From Pseudomonadota bacterium (GTDB lineage: Bacteria > Bdellovibrionota > FAC87 > UBA2466): a stretch of 64,000 nucleotides of DNA. The notes below the pieces were generated by a model. That model searched no databases and was not told where the DNA came from. It saw only the letters and a list, made by a program, of their open reading frames with translations. The position numbers and the translations under genes are program-made. The stretch is from assembly GCA_043767805.1 (NCBI GenBank), contig JAYUGC010000066.1, positions 1 through 64,000 of the forward strand. The letters run 5' to 3'. Of the stretch, positions 20,182 through 29,264 are shown piece after piece. Numbering within the stretch: the first letter of the stretch is position 1; each line of letters starts with the position of its first letter.

Positions 20182-21539
20182 GCGTTACCCTCCGCGGAAT
20201 GTCCGAGGTAAAAGTTGACCCGCGTTTCCAGATCCGCTTCCCGATCGAGAAGCAGCGACTCGGCTTTGAAGACTCCTTGGATCACATCGTCGATATTACT
20301 ATGAGTGAAGAGCCCTTGGCGCCCCAAAGACAAGAGCCGAGGCAGATAAGCCATGCGCCGGGCCGCCTCCCCCCACTGATCCGCGTGCCCTTTGAGGTAA
20401 ACCGGGTAAACCACACTCTGATTGACGTCGAGCCGCTCGTGAATCTTCAAAGGATCGAGCCAGCCCAAAGCCACGAGGGACGCGACGGCCTTATCGCCTT
20501 TAAGAGCAAGCTGCGCCGGATGCGGCACGTTGTACTCGAGACAAAGCACGTTCTTGCCTTCGGCCAGACAATCGCGGCTGCAATACGAAAAATCCGTCAC
20601 GCGATTAAACGCCACTTCCGGGTCGGCGGTAAATGTAAACGGGCCCGAAAGGCGCACGTCCTCCGGCACGCTTAGAAACGTAAAGCCCAGGCCGCGGTAT
20701 TTCAGCCGGCCCGTCTCGAGACCCGCGAGATCGCCGTGTAGGCGAGACAGCGTCGACACCGGGATGGTGCTGGCCAAAGTGTGCGCCCGTAACCGCCGCC
20801 CATCCACGTCAACGACGACCTCTCCCGGCGTCTCGCGGATGGCGGTCACCTGCGCGCTCAAGCGCAAAGTCACGCCCCGTGAGCGCAGCCGCTCCAGAAT
20901 CTTCTCCGCGATCTGATAAACGCCGAGCCGCGGATAGTAGTGGGCGGTAGCCAAAGGATCTTCCGCGTGGCGAGCTTTGCGGCCGAGGCCAAAAAGGCGC
21001 GAAAGCTTGAGAGGAGGCAAGCGATCCTTTGCGAGACGCCCGTCGAGCTCCTTGGACGGAACGGCCCAAATCTTTTCGGTCAGCGGGCCAAAGAAACTCT
21101 CAAAGAGAGGACCGCCGTATTGCGAGCGCGCCCAGTCCTCGAAGGTTTTCACTTCTCCGGCGGGAAGCAGCCGTGCCAGGCCGAAACCGATTCCCGATTT
21201 GAGCACTTCTCCCGGAGGGAGCCGTTTCAAAATCTCCAAGGGGTTGACCGGGTAGGACAGGACCTGCCCGCGAAAGAGCACCTTCATCCGAAACGTGCGA
21301 TCCAAAAGATCGTCGCCCAAGAGATCGCGGTAGTAAGCCAGCACCTCGGGCCACTTTGCCCGTACGTTATGAGGCCCGAGATCGACACGCGAGCCATCCA
21401 GATGCACGCCGCGCGCGAGACCGCCCACTTCGGACTCCTTCTCCAGCACGGTCACTTGCACGCCCCGGGAAGACAGGCGATCGGCCAGAGTCAGTCCCGC
21501 GATGCCGGCGCCCAGCACGATGCAGGAGTCCATCTTCAA
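20178..21539 (-). CDS. FAD-dependent oxidoreductase (protoporphyrinogen oxidase/UDP-galactopyranose mutase-like)
   Basis: VLGAGIAGL, EKESEVGGL, DLGPH, TEKIW, YPVY, GRQGLF. Confidence 0.85.
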   Translation of the reverse strand: MKMDSCIVLGAGIAGLTLADRLSSRGVQVTVLEKESEVGGLARGVHLDGSRVDLGPHNVRAKWPEVLAYYRDLLGDDLLDRTFRMKVLFRGQVLSYPVNPLEILKRLPPGEVLKSGIGFGLARLLPAGEVKTFEDWARSQYGGPLFESFFGPLTEKIWAVPSKELDGRLAKDRLPPLKLSRLFGLGRKARHAEDPLATAHYYPRLGVYQIAEKILERLRSRGVTLRLSAQVTAIRETPGEVVVDVDGRRLRAHTLASTIPVSTLSRLHGDLAGLETGRLKYRGLGFTFLSVPEDVRLSGPFTFTADPEVAFNRVTDFSYCSRDCLAEGKNVLCLEYNVPHPAQLALKGDKAVASLVALGWLDPLKIHERLDVNQSVVYPVYLKGHADQWGEAARRMAYLPRLLSLGRQGLFTHSNIDDVIQGVFKAESLLLDREADLETRVNFYLGHSAEGNA

Positions 21540-22501
21540 GAACGCGTCTCCGGAGCCTGATAGACGGGAAAATAGTTCCGGTCTCGAATCCCGCGCCGGC
21601 TACAAGCGGCGCCGTACGCTTTATCGTCGAAAACTCGCGTCCAGCGGCCAGCGGTTAGCCGCTCACCGCCAAAACGGCTCTTGAATTTCTCGAGGCCGTC
21701 TCCTTCGACGGAGCCGCCGCCCAGATTCACCCAAGGCAAACCGAGCGCCTTTAGGCGGAGCATCCCTTCCCATAAGAGCGCGCCCGTCGCGCGGCGGCCC
21801 TCGGTCGTCGAAGCTTGAAAGAAGTACTCGGCTCCCCAGGCGCTGGCTCCAAATCCGGCGATGGAGACGACGCGACCCGCGGTGTCCCGGGCTCCCAGCC
21901 ACAAAAATCCCTCCATTTTGGAATAAAGGGAAAGCGTCTCGTCGGAAAAGCGATAGACGGGCGCCGCGCCTACGCGCTCGCAGGTGGAGCGGTAGAGCGC
22001 CGGGAAATCCGAGGCGAGTGCGGCGCGATCGTCTTCCAAAGTCCAGCCGGCGGCGAGCGCCGTATCGGAGCGGACGGATTTACCCTCCAGCCGATGCCAT
22101 AGCTCCGATTCGCTCTTGGCCAGATCGACGACAAAAACCGTTCGGGCGGGAGAGGCGAAGGGAAAGCGTTCCCAAGAGCAAAATTGCGGATGCAGAGCTA
22201 GATATCCCGCCACCCATTTCTTCTTGCTCGCGTAGCGAAGGAGCCCTTCGAGAAACTCACCTTCGGCGACGACTCCCGCGGGACCGGCAAATCCATAAGG
22301 AGTGGTGACATCAATCCAAGCCTCGTACCGCCGCTCGAGTAAAACGACGGCGGACGAGCCATCGGTAAGGAGAAAAGGCGCGGCGCCGCTTCGGGCGAGC
22401 GCCTGGGCATGATCCCAGCGGTGACAGAAGCCATGAGGAATCGTGGCGAGCGAGCTCTCCCACAAGTCCCGGCGACTCAAATCGACGCGCTTCAACACCA
22501 C
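21536..22501 (-). CDS. GNAT/FemAB-like N-acyltransferase
   Basis: TPYGFAGP and NLGGG...GLEKFKSRFG motifs typical of polysaccharide-locus GNATs. Confidence 0.75.
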   Translation of the reverse strand: MVLKRVDLSRRDLWESSLATIPHGFCHRWDHAQALARSGAAPFLLTDGSSAVVLLERRYEAWIDVTTPYGFAGPAGVVAEGEFLEGLLRYASKKKWVAGYLALHPQFCSWERFPFASPARTVFVVDLAKSESELWHRLEGKSVRSDTALAAGWTLEDDRAALASDFPALYRSTCERVGAAPVYRFSDETLSLYSKMEGFLWLGARDTAGRVVSIAGFGASAWGAEYFFQASTTEGRRATGALLWEGMLRLKALGLPWVNLGGGSVEGDGLEKFKSRFGGERLTAGRWTRVFDDKAYGAACSRRGIRDRNYFPVYQAPETRS

Positions 22502-23298
22502 TCTCCCTCGAGCCGGACGATCCCATCCGCGGTGGCGAACGCAAAGCCCTGGTCCTGTCCCAAAATCGTGCCGGGCGTCGCCTTGGGGGCCTCGCCTTCG
22601 CGAAGTATCTCACACCGGCTCGCCTTGAAGCGGCCCTTCTCGGTGTCGGCGAAGGCCGAAGGCATCGGAGGAGGCAAAGCCCGGATGAGATCCCGGATTT
22701 TGCGCGCCGGCCACTTAAAGGAAAAGGCGCCGTCTTCGGGAAGCCGGCGAGGCGCGTAAGTGCTCGTCCCCGTTTGCGGCACGCCTTCGGGCAGTCCGCC
22801 GTCCAGACCACGAAAGAAGCTCACCGCCATTTCGGCGGAAAGCGCGTCCAGCCGGCGAGTGAGCGACCAGAGGTCATCGCCCGCCTCGATGCCGATGGCC
22901 TTTTGCGCGAGAATGTTGCCGGTATCCACGCCGCTATCGATCCGGTGGATCGTCACGCCGGTTTCCGTCTCGCCCGCGATGAGCGCCCAGGAGACCGGGT
23001 GCACGCCTCGGTAAGCCGGCAGAAGGCTCGAGTGTAGATTCACGGCCCCCCACCTCGCCTTTTCAAACACGGCGGATTTCAGCAGCTCGTACCGGCAAGT
23101 CAGAATGAGATCCAGATCGTCCCATTGTCCGGAGTCCGCCACCAGAGCCGAAGGACAAAGTGCTTTTAACACCGCCAGCTCGTCGGGAACCGATGCCGAC
23201 ACCACCGACGGCACGAAACCCGCCTCCACTAGTGCTGCGAGCACCGCAATCCCTTGAGGCTTTCCACCGGCAAACGCCCATTTGAAGTCATTCTTCAT
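22492..23298 (-). CDS. Formyltransferase (Fmt/ArnA-like, probably sugar N-formyltransferase)
   Basis: NLHSSLLPAYRG..PVSWA, GVTIHRIDSGVDTG, RRLPEDG. Confidence 0.88.
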   Translation of the reverse strand: MKNDFKWAFAGGKPQGIAVLAALVEAGFVPSVVSASVPDELAVLKALCPSALVADSGQWDDLDLILTCRYELLKSAVFEKARWGAVNLHSSLLPAYRGVHPVSWALIAGETETGVTIHRIDSGVDTGNILAQKAIGIEAGDDLWSLTRRLDALSAEMAVSFFRGLDGGLPEGVPQTGTSTYAPRRLPEDGAFSFKWPARKIRDLIRALPPPMPSAFADTEKGRFKASRCEILREGEAPKATPGTILGQDQGFAFATADGIVRLEGEWC

Positions 23299-24769
23299 TT
23301 TCAAACACTCCGAAGCGAGAGCGCACGAGAGGCGCGTCGACACCGTAAAGCAACGGCTCGAGCATCACTTGAGGCACCTTGTTGTTCAGATCCACGTGGT
23401 ACTCGAGCCAAAACCAGAAGCGCCCCATGTCGAGGCGGTAGGGAACGTGCTGTTCGGCGATGGCCGACCACTGCAGGATGTTCCACATGAGTTTGCCTTC
23501 GAGAACCGCGGCCCAGACGCCCTCTTCCACATGCAGCGTCTGATCGACGGGGCCCTCGTCGTCCCAAAGGATGCGAAAGCCCTGCTCCAGGTCGGCCGCT
23601 AGCACGAAAGCAAAACCGCTGTGGGGCCCTTCGACCGCGATCCGAAAGCGCGCCTCGAAGAACAGGTAATCCCGGGTAATCCACTTTTCGACCAGCGCCG
23701 TACGTTCCCACGTGCGCTCGCGGAGCGCGAGCCGGGAGCTGCCGTCGATCCAGCGGCGCAGACGCTCCACTTTGGGCCGAAAACGGAGCTGGAGACCGGC
23801 TATTTCGTCCAAATAGTTGTCCCAATCCACTTCGGGATGGCGGCGGACATGCCCACGCTCGGCGCTCCAAGTGTCTCCCGGCAAGAACTCGATGATTTCG
23901 GGTTCCCGCCCGTGGTAATCGCGGGCCACCATTTCGGAAAAAATCTTCGGCGTCGCCCGATTCGCCCAGTTGTTGTGGAAGAACTTCGGGTCGAGCCAGC
24001 AAAAATCGCCCGCGATGGGGGCAATGCGTTTCGGGCGAAGACCGTCCAGGACCCGGCGCTGCTCCGCGAACCCGTGCACGCGTTTCCGAGCTTCTCGCGT
24101 CATTTCTTCCGGCGTGAACTTAAAGCAGCCGGGGTACATCGTCACGCCGGCCGTCTGCACCAGCGCCAAATCGATGTGGGGAAACCTGCCCCTTATTTTC
24201 TGACACAGATCGAGGTCAGTGAGGTTGTCGTTCAAGTTGATTAGAGTGCAACCGGGCGCCTCCACCACGAACGCGCAGTTCTCCCAGTCGTGATCGCGGC
24301 TGACCGCGGCCGGAAGGAACGTCAAAGGCGTCTTACCGCCCAAAAAGTAACGCTCCCACGGGCGAAATTTGCGGATTTTCGAAAAGCCCATGAGCCGGAG
24401 CGTCCGCTCGATGGTCTGCGCCCTCAAGGAAGGGTGATCGGAGTACTCGGGCAACAAGACTTGCACGTCCCGGCTGAAACGATCGAGCGATGGGACGTGA
24501 AAATGGTCCTCGTGGGAGTGAGTCAGCAAAAGATAATCGACGTCGCGCGTGACTTCCTCGGCGTCCAAAACCGCCGCCGGGAATTTCCAGGTCGTGAAAT
24601 TATAGACGGGCTCGTTCAAAATCCATGGATCGCAAACCAAGGTTCCAAACTCGCCTTCGAGGCGCAAACAGGCGTGTGAGACGAACGTGACTTCGAGCGA
24701 TCCGATGGCTTTTTTCCCCCTGCCCGAGACTAGCAGAATGTTTTCGGAAGAAATGGAGGGGTGCGGCAT
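23288..24769 (-). CDS. Metallo-beta-lactamase-fold protein (UlaG/CMP-Neu5Ac hydroxylase-like)
   Basis: SHACL, CDPW, THSHEDHFH (HxHxDH), NLNDN; extended C-terminal domain. Confidence 0.8.
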   Translation of the reverse strand: MPHPSISSENILLVSGRGKKAIGSLEVTFVSHACLRLEGEFGTLVCDPWILNEPVYNFTTWKFPAAVLDAEEVTRDVDYLLLTHSHEDHFHVPSLDRFSRDVQVLLPEYSDHPSLRAQTIERTLRLMGFSKIRKFRPWERYFLGGKTPLTFLPAAVSRDHDWENCAFVVEAPGCTLINLNDNLTDLDLCQKIRGRFPHIDLALVQTAGVTMYPGCFKFTPEEMTREARKRVHGFAEQRRVLDGLRPKRIAPIAGDFCWLDPKFFHNNWANRATPKIFSEMVARDYHGREPEIIEFLPGDTWSAERGHVRRHPEVDWDNYLDEIAGLQLRFRPKVERLRRWIDGSSRLALRERTWERTALVEKWITRDYLFFEARFRIAVEGPHSGFAFVLAADLEQGFRILWDDEGPVDQTLHVEEGVWAAVLEGKLMWNILQWSAIAEQHVPYRLDMGRFWFWLEYHVDLNNKVPQVMLEPLLYGVDAPLVRSRFGVFENEE

Positions 24770-24863
24770 CCGACGAGAGAAGAAAATTCGGCGCCGAAAA
24801 CGAAGAAACCCCTTGTAATCGCTAGGTGGATTTAATATTTAACGCGAGAAAAGGAAAACCTAA

Positions 24864-25322
24864 ATGGCTCATGTAGACGATTACCGCGGTTGGCCCCATT
24901 TGATGGCTTCTGGTTTTGATTGCGACCGGCATGCTCTCATGTCGTACGACAAAATCTATACCTTCTTGAAGGAATTGCCGGACGCCATCGGCATGCAGAG
25001 GATGGGCCTTCCCATCGTCTACAAGGTGAACGCCACCGATCATCCCGACATCGGGATCACCGGCACGACGATCATCGCGACGAGCCACATCAGCATCCAC
25101 ACCTTCCCTAAGGGACAGAAGGATGGACGCCGTAAGCCCCGTGGCATCGAGCGCCGGGTCTTCAAGCCCTTCTTCACCTTCGACTGTTATAGCTGCCGCG
25201 ATTTCGATCCGGACAAAGTCTATGACATGTTGAAGAAGGCCTTCCGTCCTCGGACCCTCGAGACGGCGCTCGTCTACCGCTTGCGCGAAGACGAACAGCT
25301 CATCGAAGTCGAAGATTACTGA
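24864..25322 (+). CDS. Pyruvoyl-dependent S-adenosylmethionine decarboxylase-family proenzyme (atypical TSH site)
   Basis: GITGTTIIATSHISIHTFP and FDCYSCRDFD; good RBS. Confidence 0.8.
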   Translation: MAHVDDYRGWPHLMASGFDCDRHALMSYDKIYTFLKELPDAIGMQRMGLPIVYKVNATDHPDIGITGTTIIATSHISIHTFPKGQKDGRRKPRGIERRVFKPFFTFDCYSCRDFDPDKVYDMLKKAFRPRTLETALVYRLREDEQLIEVEDY

Positions 25323-25397
25323 TTCTAGAGTGGGCCTGGGGCCCACTCCCCGGAACCGGGGCATCTCCGGATTCCGAGGAGCGGGGGATAAAGACGC

Positions 25398-25868
25398 TTA
25401 GTACTCTTTCTTCAGCCAGGCTTTCATTTCGTCGGCGAGGCTCGCCGTTTCCCAGCCGTAGTACACCAAAACCGTTTTCGCCCTCTTTTCAGCCTGAAAC
25501 CTGAGGGCGTCCTTGCGGTACACGCACCGCACGCTATCGATCTGCCGGGTCAGGGGAGCCTTGGGCTCCCTTTCCTCGCACCACTCTTTTAAGCCGTCCA
25601 TGACGGTCTCACAAAGGCCGGCCGCCGCCCCGAAAGGCGACCCTTCCTTCTTCTGGCCCCGAAACGAGGCCCAATCGACTTCCACTTTCAGCTTGGGAGA
25701 CGCGCAGACTCGGCGCACAACGGAAGCTGGCTCCCTCAGACCAAGCTCGGCCTGCCGGAACTCCGGAGCTTCCTTACGAACGTGCCGGATTTTTCCCTTT
25801 CGGGATGGGCCCGCCGTCGCCCCTGCCGCCGCCACGAGAAGTAGCGTCAGTATGGCCACTGACTTCAT
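25398..25868 (-). CDS. Secreted hypothetical protein
   Basis: Signal peptide MKSVAILTLLLVAAAGATA; four Cys. Confidence 0.65.
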   Translation of the reverse strand: MKSVAILTLLLVAAAGATAGPSRKGKIRHVRKEAPEFRQAELGLREPASVVRRVCASPKLKVEVDWASFRGQKKEGSPFGAAAGLCETVMDGLKEWCEEREPKAPLTRQIDSVRCVYRKDALRFQAEKRAKTVLVYYGWETASLADEMKAWLKKEY

Positions 25869-26036
25869 TGAGACTCCCAAGTTGTCGTTGAAGACCCGGG
25901 AATTATTGTGCCCCGAAAAAAGGGGTCGGGTCACGCAACGGAGCGAAATTCAAAAAAAGAGAGTCTTGCAAGCCTAACTTGGCGCGTCAGCCGAGTCATG
26001 TTAGGTAAGAAACCTCAACTCTCTGGAGGTTTCGGT

Positions 26037-27080
26037 ATGAAGACGGCTTTGGCGCTCCTCGCTTTACTCTGTTTCGCGGTTCCTTCTTGGGCTCAACACG
26101 GCGGAGTCGCCGCTCAGGCCTTGGATCTCACGGCAGTCGATCAAGAGTTGCAGACGAACGGCCTCCGCGGCTGGGTCCACGGCGCGGCCCCTGAGTTCAA
26201 CCAGTACGTTTTCACCTGGCGCGACCCGAACGATTTCTTTCTCCACTTCGAGTTCCCGATGATTACGTCGAACCCCGCGATAAAGGCGGAGCTCGCGAAG
26301 CTCGCCCGGCATGACGAAATCCTCATCAAGGGAAAGTTCGCGGGTCTCCAAGCGCCTGTCCGCCACATCCGGCTTTCTTCCGTCCAAGTGGTGACAAAGT
26401 TTAAGTCCGGCGTGACGGCCCCTCACTTCGTGCGCGAAGCGAAAATGCCGGCCGATCTCGAAGGCAAGACGGAGCTCATCGGCAAAGTCCACGCGGTGGT
26501 GGACGACGGCAAGATTCTCGTCATCGAGTACAAGGACGCGGTCATCCCGGTCTTCGTCTCGAACAACACTTACTCCAAAGATTTGTACCGTAATGACAAG
26601 ATCAAGCTCCACTACGTGATCCGCAAGCACCCAAACTCTCCCTCTCACGTGGAGCTCGACCCGGCGGCGGCTAATCCCATCGAAGTCATGGCCCACATGA
26701 CTGACCTTCACGGCAAACAGGCCGGCGGTATCGACAAAGCCACCGGCAAGCCCATCGGCACCGAAGGCGTGCTGGTGATGTTCCCGAAAAGCCCGCAGAT
26801 CATTTTCAACGTGTTTGCCATCCAGGAAGTGGATGCCGACGGCGTGAAAGTCGAGCACACCCTCATCAACTTCGATGACCCGGCCGTGTTCAAAGCGCTT
26901 CGCGAGAAGCTGCAGAAGATGTGGGACGCGGAAGCTTCCACCGTCGTCAATGCCCGTAATAAGTTCATCAACCCGAAAATCCGACTCCGCGTCTTCGGAG
27001 AAGGCAATATGATCGACCCCGGTCAGGCCAATCCGCAGATTTTGATTAAGAGCGAAGCGGACGTCGTTCGGCTTCCCTAG
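26037..27080 (+). CDS. Secreted hypothetical protein
   Basis: RBS ggagg; signal peptide MKTALALLALLCFAVPSWA; strongly biased codon usage. Confidence 0.75.
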   Translation: MKTALALLALLCFAVPSWAQHGGVAAQALDLTAVDQELQTNGLRGWVHGAAPEFNQYVFTWRDPNDFFLHFEFPMITSNPAIKAELAKLARHDEILIKGKFAGLQAPVRHIRLSSVQVVTKFKSGVTAPHFVREAKMPADLEGKTELIGKVHAVVDDGKILVIEYKDAVIPVFVSNNTYSKDLYRNDKIKLHYVIRKHPNSPSHVELDPAAANPIEVMAHMTDLHGKQAGGIDKATGKPIGTEGVLVMFPKSPQIIFNVFAIQEVDADGVKVEHTLINFDDPAVFKALREKLQKMWDAEASTVVNARNKFINPKIRLRVFGEGNMIDPGQANPQILIKSEADVVRLP

Positions 27081-29092
27081 TTCGCGGCGACTTCATCGTA
27101 CGGGCAAGGCATCGCCCCGCGGAAAGGCTTGGTGAGAGGCCGTCCCGCTCTGAGTAGGATGCCTCCGTCAGGCCTCCGGAGCGCTATGAACTGCGCCGGA
27201 TGGGCACCCTCGCGGGCGGGGACCTCAAACTCGACGTGTCCCTCTTTCACCACGGCCTTAGTCTGGCGAATCTTTTCTCCCGGGGCCATCCGGTAGGAGA
27301 GCGATGTCTCTTTCAGCTGCTCTAGGGAAATCCGAGTGCCAAAAACTGAAGCATGCCCGTCCTGAATGGGCACGCGTAATATTTCCGACTCGGTGTTTTG
27401 CCGTGCATCGAAAACCCGGCGGCGGCTCACTCCCGTCACGGGATCCTGTTGATGCTCGAGCACAACCCGGAAAGGCACATCGTCTTTGATGTCTCTCAAG
27501 GTGTGGGCAATAACGCCGTCGATATAGTTTTGAATGATATGCGGTTTCTCTTTTTTAACCGACTTGTCGATAATGGCGTTGATGTGCTCCCAGCGCTTAT
27601 TGCCGATATAGAGATCCGGCTGATTGCGGTTCCGGTTCACCGCGGCGGCCTTCATGAAAACTTGCAACCCATCTAGACTGACTCCGGCGGGTAGCGCCTC
27701 GGCGCGCAAGACTTTAAGGAACGCCTCGTAATGGACCAAAGGAATTTCGGAAGGCTTACCCGCGGCAAGCGTGGTCAGAATAGCGCCGAGATCGTACTTT
27801 CCGCGACGAACCAGCGTTTCCCCCTTGGGCTCGATGACCTCGGGCTGTCCTTCGCTGGCCACTTTGAGCATTTCGGCGATGAGCGCTTTTCCGGCTAGCG
27901 TCTTTTGCACCACCTTCAACAGCTCCTCCGGAGCGCCCGTCAAGCGGAGCATTTCGAAGCCCAAATGATTACCGTAAGCCTCGTCGAAAAGTTCAGAGAC
28001 CCGTTCCCGCGACGGAACGGCGCCGCGCAAGCTAACTGGAAGCTTCTGCGCGAAATCATCCACGATCTCGTTCAAGAGATCTCGTTTGGGGATGCTGCTG
28101 TCTCCGTTCGGCCCGTCATCCTTCAAGAGGAGAAGCCGCTGAAAATCCGGCAAGGCGGTTTGCGTGCCGTAGTCGATGAAGCCACCGTTCATCATGAAGT
28201 TCGAAGGACTCGTCGCCCCGTGATAAAAACGGCGCGCGTAGGCGGTGGCGTACGACTCGGCAGTGCGGCGAGTGAGCGTCTCCAAGCCATGCTTAATCCG
28301 TTCTTTCTCCGAAGCCTGCTTCCCGGGCAATCCCGGCAAGGCTTTGGTGAGATTTGCGAGCGCCCCTTCGACCCGAGCTTGATCTAGAGCCAGGGCTTGC
28401 TCACCCTCCATCGAGTGATTCGATAAGAAATGAGCGGGGCGCAAAGGATCCACCCGGACGATGAGCGAGCGCTTCTCGTCCCAGCCTTCGTGCTCGGTCA
28501 CGGTGCCGGTCGATAAAATCGCGACCACGCGGTTCGCTCCATGAGGCATTTCACGATGAAGCACCTCGCCCCATATTGCCTCTTGAACGCCTTCGGTGGT
28601 GCTCGCCCCTCCGTGAGCGTGCCCGCGATCTTCGACTTTGGGACCGACGTTCGGCGTAACGCCGTAACCTTTGTGCTGCACGCCTCCGCGCGAAGCCGCG
28701 CGGCCGCTGCCGAGGTTTCCGTTCAAGGCATTGCCACCGTAGCGATCGGAGAAAAATTCCATGAACTTCGCTTCGAACGTGCCCGGCGGGTCGCTCTCCC
28801 GGGGAACGGCATAAGCGAGGGCATCTAAGATTTCTTGTTCGAACTCCGGAGTCATACCGCCCGGAGGCACGTCGATGCCCATTTCTCTAAGCAGAGCATA
28901 GTTAATCCAAAGCACCCGGGCTTTGGCGAGCTTCTGGCCAGTCACTTTCACGTAGCTCTCTTCCGGCAAAATGGAGCCGAGGAGCTCGGGTGGACCTTCA
29001 GTGAGCTTGCTGATGGAATTTTCGCCAAACGCCGGCGTGTAGCCGACGGACAAAAGGCAAGCGACCAGAAAAAGGCGAATCGAACGGCCCAT
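27077..29092 (-). CDS. SelO/YdiU (MchC-like) pseudokinase-fold protein with N-terminal signal peptide
   Basis: DRYGG...GSGRA...QHKGYGVTP, HGGA...EAIWGEVL, LRPAHF, HGATSPSN...IDYGT; RBS gaggag. Confidence 0.8.
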   Translation of the reverse strand: MGRSIRLFLVACLLSVGYTPAFGENSISKLTEGPPELLGSILPEESYVKVTGQKLAKARVLWINYALLREMGIDVPPGGMTPEFEQEILDALAYAVPRESDPPGTFEAKFMEFFSDRYGGNALNGNLGSGRAASRGGVQHKGYGVTPNVGPKVEDRGHAHGGASTTEGVQEAIWGEVLHREMPHGANRVVAILSTGTVTEHEGWDEKRSLIVRVDPLRPAHFLSNHSMEGEQALALDQARVEGALANLTKALPGLPGKQASEKERIKHGLETLTRRTAESYATAYARRFYHGATSPSNFMMNGGFIDYGTQTALPDFQRLLLLKDDGPNGDSSIPKRDLLNEIVDDFAQKLPVSLRGAVPSRERVSELFDEAYGNHLGFEMLRLTGAPEELLKVVQKTLAGKALIAEMLKVASEGQPEVIEPKGETLVRRGKYDLGAILTTLAAGKPSEIPLVHYEAFLKVLRAEALPAGVSLDGLQVFMKAAAVNRNRNQPDLYIGNKRWEHINAIIDKSVKKEKPHIIQNYIDGVIAHTLRDIKDDVPFRVVLEHQQDPVTGVSRRRVFDARQNTESEILRVPIQDGHASVFGTRISLEQLKETSLSYRMAPGEKIRQTKAVVKEGHVEFEVPAREGAHPAQFIALRRPDGGILLRAGRPLTKPFRGAMPCPYDEVAAN

Positions 29093-29136
29093 CAAACGCT
29101 CCTCGAGCAAATACGTACAGAAGTGACAAATTAGGC

Positions 29137-29152
29137 TGCAACTAAGCTGCCA
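29137..29152 (-). promoter_or_regulatory. sigma54 promoter candidate (TGGCAGC-ttag-TTGCA)
   Basis: Near-consensus -24/-12 upstream of the SelO-like gene. Confidence 0.65.
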
Positions 29153-29264
29153 ACGCGAGTAGGGGCGAATCCCATCCGAGTACGGACCAACTCGTGCGTG
29201 AGAATGCCGGGCGAGGAAATTCCGTCTGAAGGAAAAATTAAACGCCGATCAAAAACTCGACACT

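Noticed and set aside
24822..25364. 180-aa minus-strand ORF
   Set aside because: Antisense shadow of the AdoMetDC-family gene, which has the motifs and RBS
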